Shown piece by piece: positions 1 through 14,219 of a stretch of 64,000 nucleotides of DNA. The stretch is from Felis catus. Its lineage: Eukaryota. A program made the position numbers and the translations under genes. How positions within the stretch are numbered: the first letter of the stretch is position 1; each line of letters opens with the position of its first letter. The notes beneath the pieces were generated by a model. The model was not told the origin of the DNA, did no database searches, and was given only the letters and a program-made list of their open reading frames with translations. The DNA lies in the NCBI RefSeq assembly GCF_018350175.1, contig NC_058382.1, forward strand, positions 50,408,001 to 50,472,000. The letters are read 5' to 3'.

Positions 1-315
1 GTTCTCTATTCTTACTTATTGTCCATGGCCAAAAATGCTTATTGCATCTAACTTACATTTAAACACTTTAAAATCTGCTTTTTGGGTAGAGCTCTATATT
101 ACATGGAATTCTCAGGATATTGGATAATTTTGGTTTTGAATATATGTGTAATGATTAGACTTTAATAGCCCACTCTTCATAATAATTGGTAGACTCTGGG
201 AAAATGTGAATAGTATCAGTCATATATATTATTCATCAAAACATGTTTTAGATTTCTTATCAAGCAGGGGAACAAAGCACTAGGTCATCAATCTGTTATA
301 AAAATTTGTTGAGAC

Positions 316-503
316 CAGTGGTTCTCAAAGCAGGGTTCCCAGACCAGAAGCATTGGTATCACTTGGAAACTTGTTAGAAGCACAAAGTTTGGGGCCCCAC
401 TCAAATCTACGAATCACAATCCTGGGGTCGGGTCCCACTACCTGTGTTTCAACAAACCCTTCAGGTGATTATGATGAACTAAACTGAAGTTTGAGAACAA
501 CTG
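316..503. mobile_element. MER5A-type hAT-Charlie MITE
   Basis: ~190 nt with terminal inverted repeats CAGTGGTTCTCAAA...TTTGAGAACAACTG and MER5A-like internal sequence. Confidence 0.85.
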
Positions 504-1301
504 GACTAGATCAACATTGAGGAATGTCTTGTGAATGCTGCTTCAATGAGTTTTTCTCACTCCCTGAAGCTCATCACTATGCACGTTTTCTGATAAGACC
601 TTCCCCTCTCCCTTCTTTCTCTCTTTCTTCTTCTCTCTCTCTTTCTCTCTGTCTCACACACTTTCCATCTATTTGTGTCTTTATTCTTTAATCTTTCCCA
701 GATAATAGCTTCACTAATGTATTGCTACATGTGGAGAATCTATTAACTTTTAAGATAAAAAGTTCATTTGCTAAATTTTCCCCATATGTTCAAACTCATA
801 AAGTGCTTGCTCTGATTGCTGTGTATAAACAAGAAGCATATCACTCAATTTGGCATAACTCTAAGAATACTTTTGTGGTCTTACATTAGCCCAGAGTTTT
901 GAACATGAGCTATTAAAATCTAAGATCTTCCATACTAGAGGTCATTATAAAAGCCCCAGTATGTGTCTAGATTTTTTAAACTAAAAATCTCAAAGTAAAG
1001 CATATTTATTCCTATTTATTCCTGTAGGCAGTAGGTGGAATGTAAGTACTGTTATTACTAATGTTATTATATTTCCATACATTACTTCCTTCAATCCTTG
1101 CAATAGCCCTTATATTCTCATCTTTCATGTTAGCCCGCTGAATTATACATCATCAAAAAGAATTGGATAGACACTCAAAATTTAAAATTTGTACAACTGG
1201 AACTATTTAAGTAAATTCTACTCATCATAACAGATTCTAAATAAACTTCAAATTAGCCTAAGGCTTTTAGTGAAATAAAATCATATAAAAAATTTTCATT
1301 T

Positions 1302-1451
1302 GGGGCACCTGGGTGGCTCAGTTGGTTAAGTGTCTGACTTTGGTTCAGGTCTTGATCTCACAGTTTATGAGTTCGAGCTCCAAATCGGGCTCTCTGCTAT
1401 CAGCCTGCTTCAGATCATGTCCCTGCTCCCCCCGCCGCACCTGCCCCATTC

Positions 1452-1498
<47 letters not shown>

Positions 1499-1520
1499 AA
1501 CTTGAAAAAATTTTTAAAAA
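1302..1520 (+). mobile_element. Can-SINE, internally shortened
   Basis: GGGGCACCTGGGTGGCTCAGTTGGTTAAG head, (CT)n tract, A-rich tail. Confidence 0.9.
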
Positions 1521-2539
1521 TGTTCATGTTTAACATTTATAGAATTCTTAAATGTATTGTACCATTTAAAGTTGGGTTTCTGTAATAGAATTTTTAATTT
1601 TTAAAAGGTTTTAAAATTTGGTTTTTTCTTTCTATGTAAATAATTATTTGGAAAGATTATTTACATCCTAAGGAGCTATATAACTGTGGTGTTGTGAATT
1701 TCTGCATGTTCCAGACTGGGGAGTTTCTGGAGAGTTCATAAAAGTTCTCTTTTATATAGTGCATTTCATACAACTCATCATTTTCTAAATGTTGAGGGTC
1801 TAGACATTCATGGACTTAAAGAATGGTACTGTATTGAAAGTGCAATAAAGAATAAGAAAATGGAGCTCGTTCTTTCCTAAATAAATTCACTCTGGTCCCA
1901 CTAAAGCTAATCAGAATTTAAGAATAATATAAGAGCCTAGTGCCTATATATTAAGTGTCACGTTATAAGCTCCTCTTTCGGAACTAAACTGGTAAAGAAC
2001 TATGTTTACTTTTGCTGTGGAGCATCACTTGAGAAGACAATGCAAAGACAATTGGAAGTACTCATTTTCTCATTTGCAAAGAAAAAAAGTAACAAAGTGG
2101 GGTTTTTACATAAAACTAGAAGACAAAAACGATTTGATAGAGGGTGGTACTTCTCATATCAAATACTGGGTTTTTTTGGAATTAAAGTTTGAGATGTTTG
2201 AGATGTTTTAAACACAGATAAACTAAGAGATCTAGGTTTCTATAAACAGTTATCAAATGGAGAGTAAGCCCAAGGTGTATGAATCATCCTTTAAGGAGAA
2301 ATTAATTAACTTGGGTACTTTAGGATCATTCTAACGAAAGAAGGATGGAGATCAGACATAGAGGTTTCACAGGAGAAATGGACATGATCTAGTGATCCTG
2401 GGCTAATGAGATCTTGCTTTCTTTGGAGGACAAATGTGCATAATTTTGTTTGTAAAAAATCTATTCCATTACATTCAGAGGAACGTTCTTAATTGGAAAT
2501 GTAATGTAGGACAAAGCATTCATGAGGTTACTAGGCGGT

Positions 2540-2935
2540 CACATTATAATTTTTTGCCTGCTCAAGATTTACCCCCAGCCTGGTTTTGGGATGTCCCCAG
2601 TAGGCTGACTAGTGAGAAAGAGAGGGGCTTTCCTGCCCAGAAGGAAGGAGGACCACATCTCCCTTCTTGATTTCCTGGCAACTAGCATGTGGGCATGCAC
2701 CTGAGATTTGGCTGGTTATTTGCTCCCCACTCAGCCAGGTGGTGGTGAGTCAAAGACAGGGGGACAGCTGGGTCCTAACTCTTGGCTCCTCAGGGCTGCC
2801 TTGGCTTCTGTGCAATTTCTAATCCAGGTCCTTGAGAATCCCATGAATCGGCATTATTGTCCCAGTGTATTTCCTTCTTGCATACACATGGTGGCCAGTA
2901 TCAGTTTCTTTTGCTTGCAACCAGCATCTCTTGTT
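2540..2935. mobile_element. old ERVL-type solo LTR relic (LTR16/LTR33-like)
   Basis: degenerate LTR-like motifs ending CAGTTTCTTTTGCTTGCAACCA; boundaries approximate. Confidence 0.4.
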
Positions 2936-3231
2936 TTGAAAAAATATTTTTGCATATAATTCTTAAGGGTTTACTACAGTTTTAGTAAAGTGCAGATGCT
3001 GCAGTTTTATTTCCTAAGGAAAATCATGGTCTATGCCTCCAAAAATTTACAACCTCATGCAGGAGGTGAATGGGTATGGAAAGTGCTCTGTACAGAGTAA
3101 TAAAATAATCTGAGTGTTAATATGCATATTAAGAAACCAAATATTATACAGGAGTTTGAGGCAACTCAATAAAATACCAAGAACTTTTTCACACATGGTA
3201 GCTGTACTTTCATTGGGTAATTTTGCAAAAT

Positions 3232-3234
<3 letters not shown>

Positions 3235-3314
<80 letters not shown>
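3235..3314. repeat. compound (TG)n(AG)n microsatellite
   Basis: seen directly. Confidence 0.97.
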
Positions 3315-3317
<3 letters not shown>

Positions 3318-4214
3318 AAGCGAATATTTTGGGTTGTTTAAAAACCTATTATGCATGGCTTCCTCAAAGCTACCCAATCCAAAAACTTAGTTTTTTAACA
3401 TGAACTGCTCTCTCCAGAAAACAAATATAATTTGAAAGGAAGCCTTAAGATTAAGATCCAATGACTGAATTCTCCAATAAAAATAAAATCCATCCAATTT
3501 TCCCCCTGCCTTCTCATGTCTGAGAACTTCTCATTTTAAATACTAACAATGCAAGTCTTTTGAAGCCGATAAAATACTGGGAAGTTTGTTTGCCCAACGT
3601 GCTGATGACTGAGTGCCTATGTGAGTGTACATAATGTGCCTGCTGGTGTGACCTCTTATTGGAAATGAAGAAACAGATATATGTAAGGCATATTTCTTCC
3701 CTTATATACTCTGAACTTAACACAGGTCCTGTGTAAAGATAAAAGGGAAACTACTGTTTGTTTCTGAACACTTTCATCTAAAATAGATAAAGTTATAACT
3801 ACCAACTTTGATTTCAGGCTCTTCAGTGAGACCTGGGTACATGTTTACAAATGTGAAGACTCCTGGCATCAGAATTTTCAAAGAAACAACTCTTTTATAG
3901 TCTGGCAGGGAACTGAGTAGGGGGAATGATGTAGGGACTTTTTGAATCTGATAATATTTAATCTGTAACTAAATCTGTTTGTATATTATTTTCTTCCCTA
4001 GCACAACATATCTTCTTCCTTAATAGAAATAATAAGATATCTTTGTCTTCAAAAATGTTATCCAGGAATAGACAGTAGACAATAGGATACAAAAGTATGA
4101 AAGTATTTTTGAAAGACTGTTTTTTATAATGCAAAACATTTGCTGAATTGGAGGTTGATAAAACCTACATCCAAATCTGTTGGCCTTGGCCAATTGCCTG
4201 GAATTAATACCTAT

Positions 4215-4243
4215 TTTTAAAAAATTTTTTTACTTCATTTATC

Positions 4244-4302
<59 letters not shown>

Positions 4303-4480
4303 AGAGAACATGCACAAGTGGGTGAGGGACACAGAGAAGGAGAGACAGAATACCAAGCAGCCTCCACACCATCAACGCAGACCCTGATGTGGGGCTTGAA
4401 CTTACAAACTGTGAGATCATGACCTGAGCCGAGATCAAGAGTCAGATGCTTATTAACTGACTGCACCACCCAGGCACCCC
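4215..4480 (-). mobile_element. Can-SINE
   Basis: reverse head ...CCACCCAGGCACCCC, long (GA)n, imperfect TSD TAATACCTA(T/G)TTT on both sides. Confidence 0.92.
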
Positions 4481-5399
4481 AATAATACCTAGTTTAAAAC
4501 TTACTTTCATTCTAATATCCATGTACAGATGAAGTCACTGTGAAAGAATGGATGGATATTTGAAATAGGAGGTAACTTGTTTTACACAAAATCCTGCATT
4601 AACTGGGGCATTGTTGGTGTGGAGAGGGGTGGTGATCAGGTGAATATTAGAACATCCTGAAATATTTTTTGTGATGTCCAAAATACATGGTCTCTCACAA
4701 TCTGGGGTATAAATGATGGACAATCATGTATTATCTAATAAAAGCACATCCTTCATATAGGGTTACACCTGGAATTCTCTACTTTTATCATTATTCCTGC
4801 CAAAGTTAAGTCATTTTCAGAATCTTCCCTGGACTTCTAGTTGAAATTGTTGCATCAACACTGTTTTTTTTTTTCCCTTCTTAAACTCCACTGCAATGAT
4901 AGGAATGTAATTTTAAAAATAATCAAAGCATGTGGAAAATAAAGAGTTCTGAGAGTCCACCATCAATTAAAGATACCAGCTTTATGGGGAATCAGAAGGC
5001 AACTGAGGAATAGTGACTAAGAAAGCAAAGTAATTCTGAACCTGGAACCTTGTGTGGATGAGCAGTCAAGCCATTAGCTCCAGAGGAACCCTTAGAAACT
5101 CAGGGCTTTCCAGGACCCCTTGGTTGGGGGGGGGGGGTCAGGCACTGAGCTGAAAAGAGAAAAATTTGGCCAACATTCTATTGACAGAGCACTTGTTCCA
5201 AAGGAAATCATCCTCTACTCTGCACTCCTCTTCCAGGTGATAGGAGTTCAGTTCTTGAGCTAAATCAAGGCAATTCCTGGGTTCACCCTTAGATCTGACT
5301 ACCTTCTTTTCCAGGATGTCATCTCTTTGTGAAGCAGGATTTTTGGTGATTTTTGTGATATAATGTACTGCATGGAAATCAACCTGGAATACAAAAGAG

Positions 5400-5680
5400 G
5401 AGGCTAGTGTCTAATCTGATTTTAAAATTTGAGAAGTTGCACAGTGCCCAACAGGCTCACACTTCGTTTTATTAAAAATTGTTACTGTTATTTTACAACT
5501 GGTGCATAGTGTTTACTCAAATGGCTACTAAGTTGTAAAGGATTTGAATATGTATTACGTTGTTTGATCCCAGCTACTTAAAACAGAGGAATTATTGGCG
5601 TTTCTTTTGCCTAGGGGCGCCGTGAAAATAATCACAGAAATGCCAATGGAGCTGTGAACTGGGAAAGTATGAGACCCTTT
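5400..5680. mobile_element. hAT-Charlie DNA transposon terminal fragment
   Basis: Charlie-like motifs (TTTGAGAAGTTGCACAGTGCCCAACAGG; GGGCGCCGTGAA...GTGAACTGGGAAAGT). Confidence 0.45.
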
Positions 5681-5699
5681 GAACTAGGCCAGTGAACAC

Positions 5700-6112
5700 A
5701 ATGCCATTCTTTTGTGTAAGATCCTGACTGCCCCAGCCTGCCTTAGAGGTAGGGGCCACCGTAGGATTCAGTATCGGTCAGTGAGATGCAGGAGAAATTG
5801 TACTGGCTAACTTTTTAGAAAGTTATTTCTTTTCCTAATAAGAGCAGTCCACAGGAGATGAAAGGATTTTGCCACCCTGGCTAGCCTCTGCTTTCTGCTT
5901 TTGAAGGTGGTCCTCTTGCCTGGAGCAGAGTCAGCCATCGTGCGAAGTGATTTGACAACTATAAAAATACAAAGCAAAATACTGAGGGCAGCAGGGAACA
6001 GCAGTAACAGTGTCCCTCCAGAATTACTGTAGATGGAACTAGAACCTCGGCTTGTTTAGATCACTGTTGTTGGTTTTACTATTACTTGTGCCTGAAATTC
6101 CTAACTGATGTA
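5700..6112 (+). mobile_element. old ERVL/MaLR LTR relic (LTR16-like)
   Basis: GCCTGGAGCAGAGTCAGCCATC core and 3' end TTACTTGTGCCTGAAATTCCTAACTGAT. Confidence 0.5.
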
Positions 6113-6344
6113 ATGAGGTAGTAAACATAGATGAATCTCGCATTAACCAAAACTATAAAATAGCAACTTTGTATGGGTAGTTTGAGAGGCACTGGGGTAT
6201 GGTGAGGATACACTATGGTATCATCTGTTAGAATCCAAAACAAATAACGCACAAAAGTGCATCACTTTTTAGAGTATGGAGGTAAGTGCCAGGGGAAAGA
6301 TTAGGGTGCCTGCCGTGAAAATTAGGACAGGGAAGGTGGAGATC

Positions 6345-6530
6345 ATAATAATAATGACTAACATTTATTTTGTGCTGTGTTGCAGACATTGTGCATATTT
6401 TTTTACACATTTGTGCACAACAATTCCACGAGGTGGGGCCTTTGTAATCTCTCCACTCATCCGATGAAGCAAGTGGAGCAGAAATATATCAAATGACTTG
6501 ACCTAGGGCAGTTAATGAATGTTGTTTGAA
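6345..6530 (-). mobile_element. MIR SINE relic
   Basis: ATAATAATGACTAACATTTATT...GATGAAGCAAGTGGAGCAGA...TGACTTGACC resembles reverse MIR. Confidence 0.6.
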
Positions 6531-6655
6531 GTAGGAGATGGCTGTTGTTCATTGTAAACTTTTTAGTGAAATCTCATTTTTTCACTAAGTACCTTTATTC
6601 ATGTAATGAATGCAAAAAAAATCATTTAATAGATTCCAACTACTGAAGATTTATT

Positions 6656-6880
6656 GGGGCGCCTGGGTGGCTCTGTCAGTTAAGTGTCTGACTTCGGCTC
6701 AGGTCACATTCTCGCGGTCCCTGAGTTCGCGCCCTGCGTCGGGCTCTGTGTTGACAGCTCAGAGCCCGGAGTCTGCTTCAGATTCTGTGTCTCCCCCTCT
6801 GTCTGCCCCTCCCTTGCTCACACTCTGTCTCTCTCTCTGTCAAAAATAAATGAAGATTTAAAAAAATGTAATAAAAAGAA
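6656..6880 (+). mobile_element. Can-SINE, full length
   Basis: GGGGCGCCTGGGTGGCTC head, felid-type GACAGCTCAGAGCC body, CT tract, AATAAA and A tail. Confidence 0.95.
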
Positions 6881-9134
6881 AATATTCATTTCTCATTTTT
6901 TTGAAGAAATTCAGTATCTGTGAATTAATGTCTCTGAATCATTACCTTGTAATATTATAGTCTTAAAATATAATAGAATTCTGGATCTGAAAAGCCTATA
7001 TAAGGCTTTAAGTGGATGTTTGTGATGTCAGGCAACACTTCTGGAAGTGGGCTTTGTCAGCCAGAAATCCTCCTGCTGAACACTCTTCTAAAATGTCAGG
7101 CGTCTTGTAAGAGAATCATGAGTTTGGCAAATCTTGCATTTACACATAACTTAGGTAATTGTTTCTGTTTCATTGAGCACCACATATCCAAATAGATTGA
7201 GTTAATTTTAAATTAAAGTCAGATCAGATAAAACTAGGAACAATGTAAAATAAATTAACTTCATTTAACTTTTACCCCAGAGAAACCAATGCTATTTCTT
7301 TAAGATAATTTCTCATAATATCTTCAAAAGTAGTTTCTTCAAAAGTAATCAAGAACGTAGATCCTTGTAAAGATAAACTTCTATTCATAACAGGAGAGCC
7401 TAGAACCTTGGATCTGAATAAGGCTTTAAGGATTGCTTAGTCCAACTTAGATCAGGTCTACACATATTTTTGGAAACAACCAGAAAATGAGTAACCAGTA
7501 TCTGTCACATGAATTCCATAACAAGGAACTCAAACCTTTTGAGGTCATCCAGAGGCAATCCAATTATGTGTTAAAGACTCTGACCTAAATTGGAATTACC
7601 TTTAAGAATTAATAATCTTGATTAAGAAAGCTTGAAGTAACACATGTTTATTAAACTAATATATAAAGATAATTATATGAAAGGCAATGTGGGCTTTCTT
7701 GAGTTCTTTCTTTTCCCATTAGAGTTTATCCAAATCAAAGTGGCTACAAGGTACAGTTAGTCACAGAAAACTTTTCTTTGGATGGGACATGGGAAAAGGA
7801 CATTGCACACTCTATAGTTTTGTTGTTGCTGTTTATGTAGGGACTAAAGTAAGTAATTTGATTCTGCCTTTATGAGAATCTAAATCTTGATAATTTGTTT
7901 TATCTCTGGCAAAGAACTTTGTTTTCTTCCATTTGAAAAAATTATGATAACATTAAGTCATCTTCAGTATCTAACGGTATCGTCTAAATCGGCAATAGTT
8001 TTTACTCACATTTCCCGCATGGAGGGCTATAGAATTTATGGCATTTTTGTAAAATCTAAAACATCTTTCAAATAATGAAATAATCATTTCATGGCTTTCA
8101 TTCTTGAATATGGTCTTTGATTTCACTGATTATATCCAATATGAGTATTTACATTTTACTAATCTAAGAGAAGGCGAAGAAAGGGAGACAAAATGAATTT
8201 TAAAGTTGGCTATGGTACATCTTAGACTTTTAAAAATAGATGTTTATGCATAGGAAAGAGTTGTCCTTAATTGATTTTACATGGCCATGGATTTAAAAAA
8301 ATCACTAACTCTAATGATTGGAATGAAAACTTAGGAGTAGACGGAAAGACAACATTTGAACATAAAGGTGGTTTTCCGTTTTTACATTTATTTTTTAAAC
8401 AGTAGAATTACTCTTGTTAAATGTGGTCTTATGACATTTCACTGTTATAAGCAAGAAATAGCTCTTATTTGAGGACAAGGATTGAAAATGGATGGTGATA
8501 GAAAAGAGTCACTGTGTGAGAAATAGATTTAGTGAGTTGAATTTTTCACTGCTTCACCTTTAAGTTACCTCCTTTGACTATTTATAACTCTATAAAAGGT
8601 GAAGTAAGCTTGTTTGATGTGAAGACTTACTTTTCATGCCTGTGTAGGAACAATTTCTGATATAGGAGTCATTCTAAGTCTATTGAAGCAAAGTCATCCT
8701 AATGAGAGGTCATTTATGTACTTTAATGTAGGTGTTTTTCCATAGCTTAGGGAGCATTAAGCGTGGTCTTCATGCACCTTGTGAGGAAAGCTTGCTAAAT
8801 GTGTGACTTACACATACAGTGGGGCATAAGCAGCATTTCATGACGTCGGATTTTAATACAAATAATTAAAAATTTCAGAATATCTTTAATATTAGGGTAT
8901 AAAATATCTCTGTTGCAAACTAGTATTAAAAGTTTGAATATATTACATTTATACATGTGAGAGTGTGAAAATGAACACACTTGTCCAAGGTGACATCACC
9001 ATAAATTGCTATTTTAACACGCAGAGCCAAGGTGAAAGACTAGTTAATGTTCCAAGTAAGTGTCTAAAGCCATCTACACATTATCTCTTAAGCTTAATTC
9101 AGGATTCAAAGAGTCTTACCCTCCTCATGGATAA

Positions 9135-9223
9135 GAGGAAGAGAAGAAGGGAGGAAGAGAAGTTAGGGAGGGAAGAAGGGAGAAAGGAAGAAAGAAAGGA
9201 AGAAAAATGGAAGGAAGGAAGGG
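9135..9223. repeat. purine-rich (GGAA/GAAG)n low-complexity tract
   Basis: seen directly. Confidence 0.85.
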
Positions 9224-9734
9224 AATCTTACAGGTGTAAGATGTATCCAAAAATTGAGTTTTCACTATATCTAATGCAGGCATAGGCAAAAATGTACCAC
9301 ATTTTTTCCTGTAAAAACATTAAACTCAAACAATCTTCTTATGTGTTATTTCTATGTGTAACATAATAATAACAAAGCCATTATGTGGAGACTTTGGTTC
9401 TTCAGTGTGTCCTTTGTTTTCCCTGGCTTTAAAATAAATGTTATGCAGTTACTCACTTTGCATTTCACTAACCCAATAGAGCACAATCATTATGCAACTA
9501 AATATAACAAAAAAAAAAAAATCAAAGCACTGGTAATCCAAAATAACTTCGAGTTCATTCTGTCCATCATCTTCCTCTGAGGAAGGGAGGTGAAGAGGTA
9601 TTTAGACATGCTTGTGGAAGTGTGTCTTGTCACTAATCTCCCCTCATTTCATTTCTGTAACAGCCACGTACATTAGGTATTTTATAGATGGAGAAATAGT
9701 GGTTCTTACAAGGAGCCTAGCGATGAAGTCAGAT

Positions 9735-10865
9735 ACAGGATCAATACATAAAGTCAATAATTTTTAAAATATACCATCAACAAACAATTAGGAAACACAC
9801 ACATATGTATATATGTATATTTAAAACATATAGTTACCACTAAAATTATAGCGGGTCTAAAACCTAACAAAATTGTGCAAGCCTTGTGTATGGATGTTTT
9901 TGAAACTTTGCAGTTGTGCATTAAAGAAAACATTAACAAATGCACACGTATCCCACGTTCATAATGGAAACACTTATCTCCTGAGGATGTCTTTTCTTTC
10001 TAAGTTGATTTATGGACTTGAGACATATCCAGTGAAAACCTACAGGAATTTTCCACGAAACTTGACAAGCTGATTCTAAAGTTTACGTGGAAGTACAATG
10101 GTTCTAAAAGATAAGTCGTGCTTGAACACAAAGATGGATAATGCATAATTTAGAGAGCAAGATTTTAAAAAACAGGGTAATTAATATAGTGTGCCACTGG
10201 TGCAGGGGTATATAAATTGACCAACCCAATAACATAAAAAGCCCACAGATGGTGCCAATAAAAATATGGAGAAAAATATGAACATGCACTTCCTCAAAAA
10301 GAAGGATATATATTCAGTAAGTAAACACTTGAAGAAAAGTTCAAATTGAGTACAGGCAGAAACATGCACAATGACCCACTATGTTGTGCTTATTCAACTG
10401 GCAGAAAATTAGGAGAGGGGAAAATTCCCACTGTTTGAGAGGATGTTGATCAATGGAATTTATTACTCATTACTGACAGCTATTTAAATCAGCACAACCA
10501 TGTTGAAAACTGGTTAAAAAAAAGAAAACTAGTTTTATATTAACTTATGAATTTGAACATATGTACATTTATCCGCCTCTACTTATGTATCATGTAAAAA
10601 TTTTACATCTTGCACCAGGAGACATAAAGAAGATAATTCATAGCAGAAGTGTTCGTAATTTAAAAAAATCCAGAGATGACCTAATTCATTGTAACCAATT
10701 AGTGTATATTCACACAACAGGTAGCAATAAAAAATGAATGAACTACACTACCCGAAGGCAACAGGACAGTGTAGGTTATTCTTAGTAACATCCTGTTGCA
10801 TGGAAAATAAAAAGCCGAAAGGTATGCAGTATGACTTCTTTTATATCTTCAAAACTCAGTAAAAC
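9735..10865 (+). mobile_element. ancient L1 (L1M/L1ME-like) ORF2 and 3'UTR fragments
   Basis: decayed L1 motifs (AAGCTGATTCTAAAGTTTAC, CAATGGAATTTATTACTCATTACTG, GAATGAACTACACTAC); no open frame. Confidence 0.7.
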
Positions 10866-10943
10866 TAGGGCTAGTTCAGGTGTATTCCTTATATTAATTA
10901 GCTTCTGTTCATTATTTTTTCCAAAATTAAGAAATAGACTCAA

Positions 10944-11104
10944 GGGTACCTGGGTGACTCAGTTGGTTAAGGGTCCAACACTTGGTTTTGGCGCAGGTCA
11001 TGAGCTCACAGTTCATGAGTTTGAGCCCCACGTCGGGCTCTGCTCTGATAGTATGAAGCCTGCTTGGGATTCTCTCTCTCCCTCTCTGCCCCTCCCCAGC
11101 TTTC

Positions 11105-11168
<64 letters not shown>

Positions 11169-11200
11169 AAATAAACATATAAACATAATAAAAATTAAAA
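10944..11200 (+). mobile_element. Can-SINE
   Basis: head, long (CT)n, A tail; imperfect TSD AAGAAA(T/G)AGACT. Confidence 0.93.
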
Positions 11201-11739
11201 AGAAAGAGACTAAAAATATAAATCAAATTAAAGGGAGAGACATGTGTGAACTGGTGACATGGAATTATGAACCAAAGATTATGATTAATCCCATTCTGTG
11301 TAGCTAATAAAAAAAGAAATTAGAGATCAGAGAAGTTATTTTATTTGTCTAATGTCATACAAGTTCAATGGTATGCAGACTTAATACCGTCAGTGGGATT
11401 TAAATCCAGTATCTTTTCACCATCCCAACTTGCATAAAGAATGGGGAAATAGAAAACAGAAGTTCTTTAGGCTAGCTTTGCACCAAAGTTCTAAAATTAT
11501 AGGAAGTGTACATTCTGGCAACTATTCAGTATAGTTCTGTAAGACACCTATGTCTAATTTTTCAAAACTTACCCCCCCCTCGATATTTTCCTAGCCTCAT
11601 TTAAAAAGAAGAAAATAGATACACAAAAATGCTGAGACCAGCACTGACATTTTAAATATTTACAATAAACTAAAAGCACATTTTGTAATGCATTGCTCCA
11701 CACACTCCAACTCAGAGGTCTTTAAAGCATTTTCATAAC

Positions 11740-11890
11740 ATTTTACCTTATCAGAGCTGAAAGGAGCATTTGAGATCATCTCTTCAGATCCTCTTATTCT
11801 ACAGATAAAGTTACCCAAGGTTACAGTGTTCATAGCCGAATCTGGACTCAAGGTCACTGCTGGTATCTAAATCCCATGGCGGTTTCTAGC
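11740..11890 (-). mobile_element. MIR/MIR3 relic
   Basis: AGAGCTGAAAGGAGCATTTGAGATCATCT...TTCTACAGATAAAG...CCCAAGGTTACA. Confidence 0.55.
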
Positions 11891-12611
11891 CCTGATCCAC
11901 TGACCTGAGGGATTTCCGTCATTCTAGACAGAATAATGCTTTTAGAAGCAATTTGAGAAATAAAGTGAATGCCAAATATTCTAGCATATTCCTCACATGG
12001 GAGATAGCTCTACCACAACGTATTATGCTTCCACCAAGTGCAGTCTCAGTAGAATTTAGCAGGTGCTCCCACTGAGCCAGCCCCTCTGCTGCCTCAGGTG
12101 AAGTTTCCTAAAAGTAGTGAGGATAGAAAAGTAAACTGGGGATCTCTTATAGTACGCAGGAATAAAATTGGTGTAACAATGGGGAAAATGTCCTTAGTCA
12201 GGCTTGGAAATTATTTAAAATGCTTTATTAGGTGTATTTGAAAAGGGACGCCACTTTGAGAAAACTCAAATTAAATTTAACTTCAATATCTTGTCAAAAA
12301 GTTTCTTATTCCTGTTAATAAAAAATAAGCCCTTTGCATATTATCTGGTCCAAGAAACAACTGTCTTTCAAATATTTTAGTCTTTCCTAAAAAGAAAACA
12401 AACAAACAAACACCTTAAAATGTCATTTTCTCTGTCTTGAAATCCCTTCTCCTGCCCAGATGGTGACTTAGACTTCTGTCTATCGCTTGAATTCCAGTTT
12501 AAATGTTACCTCCTCTGATCTCTCAGTTTGTTAGATGTCTTTCCTAGAATTAGTCTGGGTCCACCTCATTTTCACCTTACCTCAGTCCTCGTTACAACAG
12601 AACTTGCTTTA

Positions 12612-12822
12612 GGGGCACCTGGTGGCTCATTCGGTTAAGTGTCCAACTTCAGCTCAGATCATGATCTCACCGTTTGTGGGTTCCAGCCCTGTGTCAGGCT
12701 CTGCACTGGCAGTGTGGAACCTGCTTGGCATTCTCTCCCTCTCTTCCGGTCTCTCTCTCTGCCCCTCCCCCACTTGCGTGCACACACTCTCTCTCAATAA
12801 ATAAAGAAACTTCAAAAACAAA
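12612..12822 (+). mobile_element. Can-SINE with perfect 17-nt TSD
   Basis: AACAGAACTTGCTTTAG at 12596-12612 and 12823-12839. Confidence 0.95.
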
Positions 12823-12884
12823 AACAGAACTTGCTTTAGAGTTACATACCTGTCCACTGTTGCGTTGTGACAGGTGGAGGTAGG

Positions 12885-13200
12885 TACTATGTCTTACTCA
12901 GTGTGCTGGTCGTTTGCCATTTTGTCTGAGCCCCATTCTTGTCTCTGCATGTTCTGCCTGGTGTTATAGGAGGCTGGAAAACTGTAGGCGACATTTCCCA
13001 GGCTCCTATAATTTGTAGTTCCTGTTAGGTTCAGCTCATGAGAGGTAGAAAGAGGGTTAAGATACTCCTTTCTTGAACTTGATCTTAAGAGCAGCAAGGA
13101 TGGCCCGGGAGTCAGGGAGGCTCAGCAGCAATGGAAGTGCCTGGAGGGCAGGCTGATTTCCTTCTGTTCCTCCAGCCCTTCCGGTACTCAAATAAGCAAA
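12885..13200 (+). mobile_element. LTR33-like ERVL LTR relic
   Basis: GGAGGCTGGAAAACTG...CATTTCCCAGGCTCC...TTAGGTTCAGC motifs. Confidence 0.45.
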
Positions 13201-13789
13201 TTCTGGAAAACTGCCTCTGTTTGAAACTCATAGAATGGCTCTGTTTATTCATATTTGGAAGTAGTGGAATGTTTAATAGAAAATAAGTAGTAAAAAAAAT
13301 AATAATTTGGTTGAGAGAGAATCCTTACTAATGAAATATGGTTTTAGGTCTGCAGCTGCAAGACTTTGTAGGGATACCAAACTCTTAATAGAAAAGCAGT
13401 CATTTTAAAAAAGGATTATTTATTAAATCAGGCACCTCTCAATTATCATTTTTGTGTAACAGTAGCATAGACACACCCTCACTCACTCTGTTAGGTCATT
13501 TGTAGGTTAGTTAGTTCATTGTTGAGTATAAGATGTCAACATTATGTATACACCCAGCAAATTGAATGCAAATTTATTTTAGACTTCAAAAGATAATGCT
13601 TTGACTATCAAAAGACTAAGAAAGGCCCTTGGAAAAATTGATGAAGGCCACAAATATTTTTGTAAAATTTACCTTTCATGTTTATGTTGTTAAAGTCAGA
13701 CAGATGCAAATGATGTCTTGTCATGTTGTCACACAGTTTTGTCAGAAAAATAACACACAGATAAAGAAGTCTCAGCATGAGTTAGATTA

Positions 13790-14219
13790 TTTAATGGATG
13801 TAGATTCTTTCCATCCTCTCTTTGCAATGCGACATTGCTACTCCCCCAACACTGAAATGGAATCTCTTTCTCCAGCCCCTTAAATATGAGGTGGGCTTGT
13901 GACTTGCTTTGACGAATAGAATGTGTTGGCATTGACGTAGCGTGACCTCCAGAGATGAAGCTTCAAGAGACCTTGCAGTTTATATCTTCTTCCTCTTTGA
14001 TCACTGCTCTGAATCATCCACACAAGGGAGCCAATTTAGCCATGTGGAAGAGAACTGAAATGCTCCATCTGGCACCCAATCACCAAACATGTGAAAGAGG
14101 CCATTTTGGATTTTCTAGTTCGTCTAAACACCTGAGATAGGAGAAATAATAAGTCTTTATTGTCTTCAACCATGGCATCTTGGGGTGGTTTTTACACAGC
14201 AAAATTTGACTGAACCACA
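13790..14219 (+). mobile_element. MaLR solo LTR (MLT1G/H-like)
   Basis: GGCTTGTGACTTGCTTTGACGAATAGAATG core; 3' end TTGGGGTGGTTTTTACACAGCAAAATTTGACTGAACCACA. Confidence 0.75.
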